Shown: positions 45,687 through 55,293 of the stretch, in pieces
How the letters are laid out: every line of letters begins with the position of its first letter
Position numbering within the stretch: position 1 is the stretch's first letter
Assembly (NCBI GenBank): GCA_047946875.1
Contig: CP181398.1
Span: 777,041 to 841,040 of the forward strand
DNA length: 64,000 bases
From: Candidatus Kerfeldbacteria bacterium
Lineage (GTDB): Bacteria > Patescibacteriota > Patescibacteriia > UBA10025 > JAHIVO01
Direction of reading: 5' to 3'
Made by a program: the position numbers and the translations under genes
Notes under the pieces: generated by a model
Databases searched by the model: none
What the model saw: the letters and a program-made list of their open reading frames with translations, nothing else
Told to the model about the DNA's origin: nothing

Positions 45687-45713
45687 TAAAAACATAAATA
45701 ATAACTACTCTTT

Positions 45714-46787
45714 ATGGACACACAAAGTAAGCTACTGATGGATAAAATATTAAGTGTTGTAGCAGAACAAAGAGCCTCTGACTTACATTTGTCAGTAGGG
45801 AGTGTTCCTATTATTAGATTAGATGACAAACTTATTACTCTTGAGAATGAAGATGTTATTACTAAAGAATTTATTCAAGGATTTGTTGATGATCTACTTG
45901 ATAAAGACCAAAAAAAAACATTGGAAGAGAAAAAAGAAGTAGTCCTTGCTTATCAATTCCAAAAAAGAGCAAGATTTAGAATTAATATTTTTTATCAAAA
46001 AGGTGTATTGGCTGTATATTTTAGACTTATTGGTGATACCATTATCCCATTACAAAAACTTGGTCTACCGGATACCCTCCAAAAATTTACTCAGCTACCC
46101 AAAGGTTTGGTCATAACTAGTGGATCATTTGGCTCTGGTAAAACAAGTACTGCAGCTTCAATGATAGATTATATCAATCAAACGACTTCATCATATATAC
46201 TTACTATAGAAGAGCCGATCGAATATATCTTTCAAAACAAAAAAAGCATTATCGAACAACGAGAAGTTGGTCGTGACACTATCTCTTTTGAACAAGCATT
46301 GAGTACAATCACTCAAGAAGATGTTGACCTACTATATGTTTCTGAATTAACAACAAAAAAAATAATTAAAGATATTTTGAATATTGCTGCCTCAGGTAGA
46401 TTGGTCATCGCAAATATTGAAGCAGATACAATTATAAAAACATTTGAAGCAGTCATATATAATTTCCCATCAAATGAACAACAGCAGATAAGAGAATTAT
46501 TATCACAAAACTTAGCAGGTATTATCTGCCAAAGATTAGTACCAAAGATTGGCGGCGGACAAATAGCAGTAGCAGAAATTCTAACTTCTACTCCCCCAAT
46601 CCAATCACTAATCAAAGAAGGATCTCTATATCAAATGAATAATATAATCCAAACATCTAGAGAAGAGGGTATGGTTTCCTTAGACTGGTCACTAGCAGAA
46701 CTAATAAAAACAAATCAAATTTCTTTAGATGATGCTCTTAAAAACGCAAGCGACCCTCAACAACTAAAGTATATGCTCAAAGCCTAA
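45714..46787 (+). CDS. pilT: PilT/PilU-family type IV pilus ATPase-like protein (degenerate motifs)
   Basis: ASDLHL..G..P..R, RFRINIF.QKG, GSGKT, TIEEPIE, QREVGRDT, QRLVP, GM.SLD. Confidence 0.85.
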   Translation: MDTQSKLLMDKILSVVAEQRASDLHLSVGSVPIIRLDDKLITLENEDVITKEFIQGFVDDLLDKDQKKTLEEKKEVVLAYQFQKRARFRINIFYQKGVLAVYFRLIGDTIIPLQKLGLPDTLQKFTQLPKGLVITSGSFGSGKTSTAASMIDYINQTTSSYILTIEEPIEYIFQNKKSIIEQREVGRDTISFEQALSTITQEDVDLLYVSELTTKKIIKDILNIAASGRLVIANIEADTIIKTFEAVIYNFPSNEQQQIRELLSQNLAGIICQRLVPKIGGGQIAVAEILTSTPPIQSLIKEGSLYQMNNIIQTSREEGMVSLDWSLAELIKTNQISLDDALKNASDPQQLKYMLKA

Positions 46788-46799
46788 CTTTATAAAAAT

Positions 46800-47855
46800 A
46801 TGTTAAAAAAATTATTCACAAACAAAGATAGTACTAACTCAATGGTAGGAGTAGATCTTGGTGTTGCAACTATTAAAATTGTAGAATTAAAAAATGAAAA
46901 TAAGAAACCAACTCTAGTCACTTACGGGGTGTCCTCAGGAGACCGCCAAGCTACCAAAGAAATACATCAAAATATTTCCCCAGATTTAATATACTTAATG
47001 CAACAGGCAAGAACAACAACAACTAACGTTGTTGGCGCTCTACCAACATCAAGTGTCTTTAGTACAATTATTGATTTTCCAAAAATGCCTACCAAAGAAA
47101 TTGATTCTGCAATCAAATGGGAAGCTAGAAAATTAATTCCCCTACCTTTAGAAAAAATGTCACTTCACTGGCACATTTTACCGACAGTCGGTAAAACCAA
47201 AGATGATGATTCTATTAAAGTAATACTGAGCGCGGCACCAACTGAAACAACTACAAAATATCTTAAAATTTTTAAAGCGGCAAATTTAAGTCTACTTAGT
47301 CTAGAAACAGAAATCAAAGCTCTACAAAGATCTTTACTAACCCCCACTGATAAAACCAGTTTAATTATAGATATTGGCGCAAATAATACTAATATGATTA
47401 TTTATGATAATAATCTTCCTTTACTAAATAAAAATATCGATATTGGTGGAGAAACTCTAACCTCTCATATTGCAAAAACTATAAATATTAATTTTGAACG
47501 TGCAGCCCAATTAAAAAAACAACTAGGAATGTCTACTTTTGACCAAGCTTCACATCCTGCAGTCAAAGCTATGAAATTTGCTATTGATAATATTATTATT
47601 AGAGATATTAAACATTTAATTACAGTACTAGGAAACTCTACACAGAATAAAATTAATAATATTATTTTAACTGGCGGTGGTGCCCACTTAAAAAATCTAG
47701 ATAAATATCTGGAAAATGAATTAAAAATAAATACAAGAGTAGGAGACCCTTGGCATAAAATATCTTATCCAAAAGAACTAAAATCAGAACTAGGAAAAAT
47801 TGGTACGAAAATGTCAGTAGCCATAGGTCTAGCTCTCAAGGTAGTTGAAAAATAA
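46800..47855 (+). CDS. pilM: Type IV pilus assembly protein PilM
   Basis: VGVDLG..IKIVEL, AI.WEA...IP.P, IDIGA..T, GG..LT, ILTGGGA, VAIGLALK. Confidence 0.92.
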   Translation: MLKKLFTNKDSTNSMVGVDLGVATIKIVELKNENKKPTLVTYGVSSGDRQATKEIHQNISPDLIYLMQQARTTTTNVVGALPTSSVFSTIIDFPKMPTKEIDSAIKWEARKLIPLPLEKMSLHWHILPTVGKTKDDDSIKVILSAAPTETTTKYLKIFKAANLSLLSLETEIKALQRSLLTPTDKTSLIIDIGANNTNMIIYDNNLPLLNKNIDIGGETLTSHIAKTININFERAAQLKKQLGMSTFDQASHPAVKAMKFAIDNIIIRDIKHLITVLGNSTQNKINNIILTGGGAHLKNLDKYLENELKINTRVGDPWHKISYPKELKSELGKIGTKMSVAIGLALKVVEK

Positions 47856-47859
47856 ATAT

Positions 47860-48046
47860 AAAAAAAATACCGCCCAATTTACTGCCTCCAAGCGTAAGGT
47901 ATCATAGAATAATCTACAAAACCTTAACTCAAGGCTACTCGTAGGATTCTAGGAGGGGTGAATCATACTTTTACCGCTTGATAGGCAGAAAACTAAACGA
48001 TATCGTTTTTTAGTTTTCCACTTGATTTTTTAAGATTCAACTGTAA
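47860..48046 (-). ncRNA. Candidate structured non-coding RNA (unassigned family)
   Basis: Long imperfect rod at 47882..47988, second hairpin at 47988..48018, consensus promoter upstream, U-run at the predicted 3' end, no credible ORF. Confidence 0.5.
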
Positions 48047-48052
48047 TAATGC

Positions 48053-48081
48053 ATAGTAGCAAACCTTAAATAATATGTCAA
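48053..48081 (-). promoter_or_regulatory. Sigma70-type promoter pointing into the pilM-mfd intergenic region
   Basis: TTGACA (48081-48076), 17 bp, TGC-TACTAT (48058-48053). Confidence 0.65.
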
Positions 48082-48100
48082 GACTTCCCATCAATATGTT

Positions 48101-51100
48101 ATGGGAAAATTGGCTTATTTAAGCGTTTTTTGCCATTTTAACCAAAACAAAGTGACGGAAAAATCCAAAAAATTGAAGACCGGCAAACCTGAAATTAATC
48201 AAAATATTGCAAAAATACTAAAAAAAGAAAATGCAATATCAATTACAGGACTGCCCAATCTTACTTCTCTAACATATTTCATATCAGTAAATCATGCCTT
48301 AGATGAAAAGGTTGTCTTTTGGTTGATAAAAAAAGAAGAAATGTCCGCAAGTCAGCAACTTCTGTACCATTGGCACAAAATATTTAAAAACAAAAGAATT
48401 ATCTGGTCACTTGATGAAATAAATCCAATGCGCGCTCAAGAATTATCTAGTCAAATACCACAAATTATTCTCGTCGATATTGCCAGCCTTAATGAAAAAC
48501 TCCCCTCTCTAAACAATAAGATTGAACATGAACTAACATTATCAAGAGGTCAACAATTTACCCCAGCTACTCTTTCACAAAAAATGATCTCTTTTGGCTA
48601 TGAATTTAGCAACCACGCAAGTCAATCAGGATATTTTTCTAGGCGAGGTGGCGTTGTAGACATTTATCCAACTAACCATGAAGATCCGATCAAAATAGAA
48701 TTTGATAATAACAGTATAAATCAAATAAACACCTATAATCCTATCAACAAAAGGATCAATGAAGAAATAAAAAATATTACATTAATAGCTAATAAATTCT
48801 CAGGAGCAAATAGTCGTACTAATTGGTTAGGCTACTTAGAAAGTATTAATAAATCTATAATTATTTACCAGGATAATGAAGAATTCAATAATATTCTAGT
48901 CAACTGGCGAGAATTAAGAAATAAAATAAAACCTTATCAACAAATTATAATTAAAGATTTTGAAAAAAATGCTACAGACCTTGGTTTCAAAACAGCTGAT
49001 ATATATCATCAAGATTACAATAAATTTGTTTCTGATTTAAAATCTTATAATAAGAATAAATGGAAAATTGGGATAGCAACTGACAAAATTAAAAATATTC
49101 AAGAATTATTAAAAGAAAAGAAATCAGATAAAATTCCGATCGCATATTGGCCATTTATTAATCATCTAAATGGCTTTGTTAATGAAACAGAAAAAATTGC
49201 CCTCATAACTGACAAAGAAATTTTTGGTGAAGAGACTATAAAAAGCGAGTCACCTCATCAGCGAGTTGATCAAGCTTTTATGATTGGTTTAAAAGAAGGT
49301 GATTACGTAGTTCACCTCGACCATGGTATAGGTAGATTTGTTGGTATGAGCAAACATGAAATTGAAGGAATATTAAAAGAATATTTTGTAGTACAATATG
49401 CAGAAGGTGACAAAATATCTGTACCAGTAGAAACAGCTGATAAGCTTTCAAAATATATTGGTATGGCTCATCCAAAGATGCATCGACTCTCAGGCGGACA
49501 TTGGTATCAGATTACTAGAAAAGTGAAACAAGAAGCAAAAGTACTAGCGCAAGAATTATTAAAAATATATGCCAGTAGAGAAATGATAAAAATAAAGCCC
49601 TTTGCAAAAAATCTAGAAATAGAGAATGAACTAGCAGAAACATTCCCCTACAAAGAAACACCAGATCAAGCAAGGGCAATTGCCGATGTAAAAAATGAAT
49701 TAGAGAAAGAAACTCCTATGGATCACTTGATTTGTGGTGATGTAGGGTTTGGTAAAACAGAAGTTGCTGTTCGAGCTGCCTTCAAAGCAGTAGCTAACAA
49801 AAAACAAGTTGCTCTACTATCTCCTACTACTATCCTAACTCAACAACACTATGATACTTTTAGAGAAAGATTAAAAAAATTTCCAATCAAAGTTGGTATA
49901 TTATCCAGATTTGAATCTGATAAAGAACAAGCCGATACCATAGAAAAATTAAAAAGTGGTTTAATAGATATAGTTATAGGTACTCACAGGCTACTCTCCA
50001 GTGATGTTAATTTCAAAAATTTAGGATTAATCATTATTGATGAAGAACAGAGATTTGGAGTAAAAGCTAAAGAAAGATTAAAAGCTTACAGGTCTCAATC
50101 TCATATCCTCACCTTAACAGCCACTCCAATACCACGTACTTTGAATATTGCTTTATCTGGTGTACGTGACGTTAGTATTATTGAGACTCCACCAGAAGGT
50201 AGACTACCAATCGACACTTTCATAGAACCATATACAGATGAAACTGTTAAAAAAGCAATAGTAAAAGAGCTTAAACGTGATGGTCAAGTTTATTATCTTC
50301 ATAACAAAGTAGAAACAATAAATATCGCCGCTCGTGAAATACAAAAACTAGTCCCCAAAGCTAAAATTGGAATCGCCCACGGTCGTTTACCAGAAAAAGA
50401 TCTAGCAAAAGCAATGGGAGATTTTGATACAAGAAAAACAAATATTTTGGTATGTTCTACAATTATAGAAAATGGACTAGATCTACCAAATGTAAATACA
50501 ATGATAGTTAATAATGCTACTAATTTCGGACTAGCCCAACTTTACCAACTTCGAGGAAGAATAGGACGCGGAAATAGACAGGCCTATGCTTATTTTCTTT
50601 ATCATCGCAAGAAACTAAAAGGAAACGCCAAAAAAAGATTACAAGCTTTAATGGAAGCAAAAAAATTAGGAAGTGGTTTTCAACTTGCTCTAAGAGATCT
50701 AGAAATTAGAGGGGCTGGTAATATTTTAGGAAAAGAACAACATGGTAAAGTTTCGGCAATTGGCCTCTCATTATATACAAGGTTATTAGCCCAAGCGATT
50801 GAAGAACTAAAATTTGGCAAAGTGCAAGATCCTATTCGTGATATTATTATAGATCTTCCTCTCCCCGCATATATACCTGCAGAATTTTTACAAGAAGAAG
50901 AAAGATTATTGCTCTATCAAAAAATGGCAAGTATTACTAAGCTAGAAGAATTAAAAGAACTACATGATAGAATTATTCGTTCGCGAACTCGCGAAGAGCA
51001 AAGGACTTTCCCACAAGAAATTACAAATCTATTTTCAATTTTAGAAATAAAACTACTTTGTCAGCAAACTGACATCTCTCATATTGACACTACACAAATG

Positions 51101-51301
51101 ACTGACGATTTCGGACATAAACAACGTCGAATTATTATTAAATTCCTCTTCCCACTCAAACCAGAACCACTAGCAAAACTTTTGCAAAAGAATCCTAAAT
51201 GGCAATTCAAAGATGATAATATAAAAATCGATCTTACTGATCTAGGTACAGAATGGTTAACTGAACTAAAAAAAGTGCTCAGACTATTTAAAAATAAATA
51301 A
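48101..51301 (+). CDS. mfd: Transcription-repair coupling factor (start may be GTG 48152)
   Basis: RRGGVVDIYP, GDYVVH.DHGIG.F, FPY.ETPDQ, CGDVGFGKTEVA, DEEQRFGV, TATPIPRTL, QLRGRIGR, RDLEIRGAGN.LG. Confidence 0.97.
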   Translation: MGKLAYLSVFCHFNQNKVTEKSKKLKTGKPEINQNIAKILKKENAISITGLPNLTSLTYFISVNHALDEKVVFWLIKKEEMSASQQLLYHWHKIFKNKRIIWSLDEINPMRAQELSSQIPQIILVDIASLNEKLPSLNNKIEHELTLSRGQQFTPATLSQKMISFGYEFSNHASQSGYFSRRGGVVDIYPTNHEDPIKIEFDNNSINQINTYNPINKRINEEIKNITLIANKFSGANSRTNWLGYLESINKSIIIYQDNEEFNNILVNWRELRNKIKPYQQIIIKDFEKNATDLGFKTADIYHQDYNKFVSDLKSYNKNKWKIGIATDKIKNIQELLKEKKSDKIPIAYWPFINHLNGFVNETEKIALITDKEIFGEETIKSESPHQRVDQAFMIGLKEGDYVVHLDHGIGRFVGMSKHEIEGILKEYFVVQYAEGDKISVPVETADKLSKYIGMAHPKMHRLSGGHWYQITRKVKQEAKVLAQELLKIYASREMIKIKPFAKNLEIENELAETFPYKETPDQARAIADVKNELEKETPMDHLICGDVGFGKTEVAVRAAFKAVANKKQVALLSPTTILTQQHYDTFRERLKKFPIKVGILSRFESDKEQADTIEKLKSGLIDIVIGTHRLLSSDVNFKNLGLIIIDEEQRFGVKAKERLKAYRSQSHILTLTATPIPRTLNIALSGVRDVSIIETPPEGRLPIDTFIEPYTDETVKKAIVKELKRDGQVYYLHNKVETINIAAREIQKLVPKAKIGIAHGRLPEKDLAKAMGDFDTRKTNILVCSTIIENGLDLPNVNTMIVNNATNFGLAQLYQLRGRIGRGNRQAYAYFLYHRKKLKGNAKKRLQALMEAKKLGSGFQLALRDLEIRGAGNILGKEQHGKVSAIGLSLYTRLLAQAIEELKFGKVQDPIRDIIIDLPLPAYIPAEFLQEEERLLLYQKMASITKLEELKELHDRIIRSRTREEQRTFPQEITNLFSILEIKLLCQQTDISHIDTTQMTDDFGHKQRRIIIKFLFPLKPEPLAKLLQKNPKWQFKDDNIKIDLTDLGTEWLTELKKVLRLFKNK

Positions 51302-51310
51302 TTAATTTTC

Positions 51311-51339
51311 TTGCTATAAATCAAATACCAATGTATAAT
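51311..51339 (+). promoter_or_regulatory. Sigma70-type promoter upstream of dprA
   Basis: TTGCTA, 17 bp, TATAAT. Confidence 0.6.
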
Positions 51340-51345
51340 TGCAAT

Positions 51346-51374
51346 AGACCTTCCCCAAAGAAAGGTCTTTTTTT
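51346..51374 (+). terminator. Intrinsic terminator-like hairpin between mfd and dprA
   Basis: agacctt-N9-aaggtct followed by a T run. Confidence 0.6.
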
Positions 51375-51376
51375 AT

Positions 51377-52483
51377 ATGCAAACAAAAAAATCTAATTTA
51401 TCAACAGACATTCAATATTGGATAGCCTTCTCATATATAAATGGGATTGGTCCACAAAAAATTAAATTAATTTATAATCATTTTTCCAGTTTAAAAGATG
51501 CCTGGCAAGCACCCAAAGAAGAGTATTTTAAAATTGGTTTAAATACTAAAGATATTCATGCTCTCAACGAAGCAAGAAATAAATTAATACCAGAAAAATT
51601 ATACAATGATATAATAAAAAATAAAATTAATATAGTTACGCTGAAAGATAATAATTATCCTCTTCTTTTAAGAGAGATTTATTCTCCACCACCAATTCTT
51701 TATTATAAAGGTAAATTGCCAGATAACTCTAATATGTCATTAGGGGTAGTAGGTACTAGGAAAACAAGTATCTACGGTAGACAGGCTTCCCTTGATCTGG
51801 TTAGCATACTAGCTAAGACTGGATTAATAATAGTGTCGGGTCTAGCTCTTGGCATAGACACCCTAGCTCATCAAACTACTCTGAAATATGGAGGAATAAC
51901 CATGGCTATTCTAGGCTGTGGACTTGATATTATTTATCCATCATCGAATTATCAACTAGCTAAAAATATTGTTTTCAATGGTGGGTGTATAATATCTGAA
52001 TATCCACCTGGTACCAAGCCACTAAAACAGCATTTTCCAGCCCGTAATCGTATTATTGCAGGTATTACCAAGGGAGTGCTTGTTATAGAAGGTGGTCATA
52101 AATCCGGCTCACTGATCACTGCTCGCTTTTCACTAGACTATAATAGAGAGGTAATGGCTATTCCGGGTAGCATATTTAATACTAATGCGGAAGGAACTAA
52201 CCATTTACTAAAAAATGGCGCTCATTTAATAAGTAATGCAGAAGATGTATTAAATGTTCTAGACTTACAATATATTCAAAAATATAAAGAAACTCAACAA
52301 GCTTTACCAAAAAACTCAGAAGAAAAAATATTATACGAAATAATAACAAAATCACCTATCCATATTGACGAAATAATTCAACAGTGTAAACTACAAATCA
52401 GTATTATAAATGCCACACTGACTATCATGGAAATGAAAGGTTTAATAAAAAATCTTGGTGGTGGAAATTTTATACGAAATTAA
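51377..52483 (+). CDS. dprA: DNA-processing protein DprA
   Basis: YP.LL.EI..PP..LY.KG, VVGTR..S.YG, VSGLALGID..AH, FPARNRII.G, SGSLITA. Confidence 0.96.
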   Translation: MQTKKSNLSTDIQYWIAFSYINGIGPQKIKLIYNHFSSLKDAWQAPKEEYFKIGLNTKDIHALNEARNKLIPEKLYNDIIKNKINIVTLKDNNYPLLLREIYSPPPILYYKGKLPDNSNMSLGVVGTRKTSIYGRQASLDLVSILAKTGLIIVSGLALGIDTLAHQTTLKYGGITMAILGCGLDIIYPSSNYQLAKNIVFNGGCIISEYPPGTKPLKQHFPARNRIIAGITKGVLVIEGGHKSGSLITARFSLDYNREVMAIPGSIFNTNAEGTNHLLKNGAHLISNAEDVLNVLDLQYIQKYKETQQALPKNSEEKILYEIITKSPIHIDEIIQQCKLQISIINATLTIMEMKGLIKNLGGGNFIRN

Positions 52484-52573
52484 TATCTACCTGCCTATTC
52501 ATGGGCACAATAAATTTTTTCTACTTTAAAAAACTTGCATTATTTTTCAAAGTATTGTACATATATAGTTATT

Positions 52574-54769
52574 ATGAAATTATTAATAGTTGAGTCGCCA
52601 ACCAAAGCAAAAACAGTTTCCAAATTATTAGGAACAAAATCTCCTTACACCGTTAAAGCAAGTGTTGGGCATGTTCGCGATTTACCAAAAAGTAATAAAA
52701 AAGCGATTGACATTGAAGGTGGTTTTATTCCTCATTATGAGATATCCCCCAAGAAACAAGATATAGTAGATGAATTACGAAAATTAGCAAAAAAATCTGA
52801 TGAAGTTCTATTGGCCACTGATCCAGATCGTGAAGGAGAAGCAATCGCCTGGCATATTGCTGAAATATTAAAAGAAGCTAATTATAAAAAAGAGATAAAA
52901 AGAGTTGAATTTCATGAAATAACCAAAGCAGCTATTGACGAAGCAGTTAGCCATCCAAAAGAAATAGACCAAAACCTACGTATAGCTCAGGAAGCTAGGC
53001 GTGTTTTAGATAGACTAGTGGGCTACGATCTAAGTGGCTTAATATGGAAAAAGCTAAGATATGGTCTATCAGCTGGTAGAGTACAATCACCCGCTCTTAG
53101 AATCATAGTAGAGAAAGAAAGAGAAATACAAAAATTCACCCCCGAAACGTTTTGGGTACTGACTGCCGATCTAATTTTAAATAAAAAAGATCCCATAACC
53201 TTTAACTGTGCTGTAGAACCTCGAGACAAAAAAGAAGTTGATAATATTGTAAAACTAGGAAAAAAGGGAAATTGGGAAATTATCAGTGTAAAAGAAACAG
53301 AAACCAAACGATCCCCTCGCGCACCATTTACCACCTCTACTCTACAACAAACTGCAAGCTCCCGTTTTGGCTATACTCCATCTCGTACTATGAGAACTGC
53401 TCAAAAACTATATGAAGCGGGACATATCACTTATATGCGTACTGATAGCACAAATCTTAGTACCGAATCTCTAAAAAATATTAACAAAACTATATCTGAT
53501 GAATTTGGTGCAGAACTTTTTTTAGAAAAAACATATAAGACTAAAAGTAAAAATGCTCAAGAAGCTCATGAAGCAATAAGGCCATCTGATTTTTCCAAAA
53601 AAACTGCTGGTAATACAGATGATCAAAAAAAAGTATATGAATTAATATGGAGTAGAACTGTAGCCTCTCAGATGATAGATGCAAAATTATTAAGAACAAA
53701 AATTATTGCCAACATTACTAATGGTGAAATTCCAAATTTTAGTATTAATGGCACTCGCATCTTAAGCCAAGGATGGCTAATGGCAGATCCTGCCGCTCGA
53801 AATGATGAAGTAAATTTACCAATAGTTCAAGCATCAGATCCTCTTACTCTAGAAAAAATGAATTCACTAGAAAAAGAAACTCAACCTCCTCCACGCTATT
53901 CAGAAGCTGGTTTGGTTAAAGAATTAGAAAAACGAGGAATCGGACGACCCAGTACTTATGCTTCAATTATAAAAACTATAATTACTCGTGGGTATGTAGA
54001 AAAAGAAGGAAGTGCTCTCAAACCTACAGACACTGGAGAAGTTGTTAGTAAATTTCTTGAAGATCATTTTACTGATTATATTAGCGACTCCTTTACAGCA
54101 GAAATGGAAAATAATCTTGATGATATTGCAAATGGTAAAAAAGAATACAAAAAGACTCTAACTGATTTTTATAACCCATTTACTAAAGTAGTTAAATCAA
54201 AAGATAAAATTGATAAAATCACCAACCTCGGAGATGCTGATCCAAAACTTAAATGCCCAGAATGTGATGGCAAGATGATAATCAAGTTGGGTCGAACTGG
54301 TAAATTTATAAGTTGCGCAAAATTTCCTGACTGCAAAGGTGCTAGGACTATAGATGGCAATGAACTAGCCGGACCTAAAGAAATCGGAGAAGACTGTCCA
54401 AAATGTAAAGATGGTAAATTAGTAGAAAGAGAAGGTCGTTTTGGACTTTTTATCTCTTGTAACAATTATCCAAAATGTAAATTTATTAAAGATAGTGAAA
54501 ATAACCAAAATTCAACTGGTATTAAATGTCCAACATGTAATAAAGGTGAGATGATAGAAAGAAGAGGTAGGTTTGGATTATTCTATAGTTGTTCAGCATA
54601 TCCTGATTGTAAATATGCTATTAAAGCAAAACCAACTGGAAATCATTGTGAATATATGGGAGAGAATGGTAAATGTGGAGCATTAATGATGGAAGGAACA
54701 AAAACCATACCTGAAAGATGTAGTGACAAAGCATGTCCAAATCATAATCCTCATAAATTAAATAAATAA
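52574..54769 (+). CDS. topA: DNA topoisomerase I
   Basis: MKLLIVESPTKAKT (ATG 52574), ATDPDREGEAI, SAGRVQS, ITYMRTD, AHEAIRP, GIGRPSTY, C-terminal C4 zinc ribbons. Confidence 0.97.
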   Translation: MKLLIVESPTKAKTVSKLLGTKSPYTVKASVGHVRDLPKSNKKAIDIEGGFIPHYEISPKKQDIVDELRKLAKKSDEVLLATDPDREGEAIAWHIAEILKEANYKKEIKRVEFHEITKAAIDEAVSHPKEIDQNLRIAQEARRVLDRLVGYDLSGLIWKKLRYGLSAGRVQSPALRIIVEKEREIQKFTPETFWVLTADLILNKKDPITFNCAVEPRDKKEVDNIVKLGKKGNWEIISVKETETKRSPRAPFTTSTLQQTASSRFGYTPSRTMRTAQKLYEAGHITYMRTDSTNLSTESLKNINKTISDEFGAELFLEKTYKTKSKNAQEAHEAIRPSDFSKKTAGNTDDQKKVYELIWSRTVASQMIDAKLLRTKIIANITNGEIPNFSINGTRILSQGWLMADPAARNDEVNLPIVQASDPLTLEKMNSLEKETQPPPRYSEAGLVKELEKRGIGRPSTYASIIKTIITRGYVEKEGSALKPTDTGEVVSKFLEDHFTDYISDSFTAEMENNLDDIANGKKEYKKTLTDFYNPFTKVVKSKDKIDKITNLGDADPKLKCPECDGKMIIKLGRTGKFISCAKFPDCKGARTIDGNELAGPKEIGEDCPKCKDGKLVEREGRFGLFISCNNYPKCKFIKDSENNQNSTGIKCPTCNKGEMIERRGRFGLFYSCSAYPDCKYAIKAKPTGNHCEYMGENGKCGALMMEGTKTIPERCSDKACPNHNPHKLNK

Positions 54770-54777
54770 TATATAAT

Positions 54778-55269
54778 ATGACAGATACAAATCAAATGTG
54801 TGAAAAATGTGGGAAACCATTGGCAGTAAAAGAAGGTAAATTTGGAGAATTCTTAGCTTGTACTGGTTACCCAGAATGCACTAACACACAACAAATGAAT
54901 CCTGCAGATAAATCCCCTGGCGAAATTGAAATCCCAGCCGAAGATAAAACTTGTGAAAAATGTAGCAAACCGATGGCTATCAAAAATGGAAAATTTGGTC
55001 CTTTCTTAGCTTGTACTGGTTATCCTGACTGTCATAATATAAAAAATATTGAACAAAAGACTGGCGTCAAATGTCCTGAATGTGGCAAAGGTGATATAAT
55101 AGTAAAAAGATCAAGACAAGGTAAAATATTCTATGCTTGTAATCAATATCCTCAATGTAAATTTGCCCTCTGGTCAAAACCAACAGGTAAAAATTGTGAA
55201 AAATGTAAATCATTAATGATAGCGTCTGGTCAAGATTCTTCCATCTGCTCAAATAAGGAATGTAAGTAG
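54778..55269 (+). CDS. Stand-alone topoisomerase-type C4 zinc-ribbon repeat protein
   Basis: CEKCG....K.GKFG.FLACTGYP.C twice, CPECG...FYACNQYP.C, terminal CEKC..CSN..C. Confidence 0.85.
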   Translation: MTDTNQMCEKCGKPLAVKEGKFGEFLACTGYPECTNTQQMNPADKSPGEIEIPAEDKTCEKCSKPMAIKNGKFGPFLACTGYPDCHNIKNIEQKTGVKCPECGKGDIIVKRSRQGKIFYACNQYPQCKFALWSKPTGKNCEKCKSLMIASGQDSSICSNKECK

Positions 55270-55293
55270 TAGTAATAAATACACTCTAGTATT

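Noticed and set aside
52535-52573. ORF-track N-terminal extensions (topA TTG 52535; also 41324, 21767, 22908, 16070)
   Set aside because: These starts overlap promoter or SD elements or upstream genes; downstream ATG/GTG codons give family-typical N-termini.
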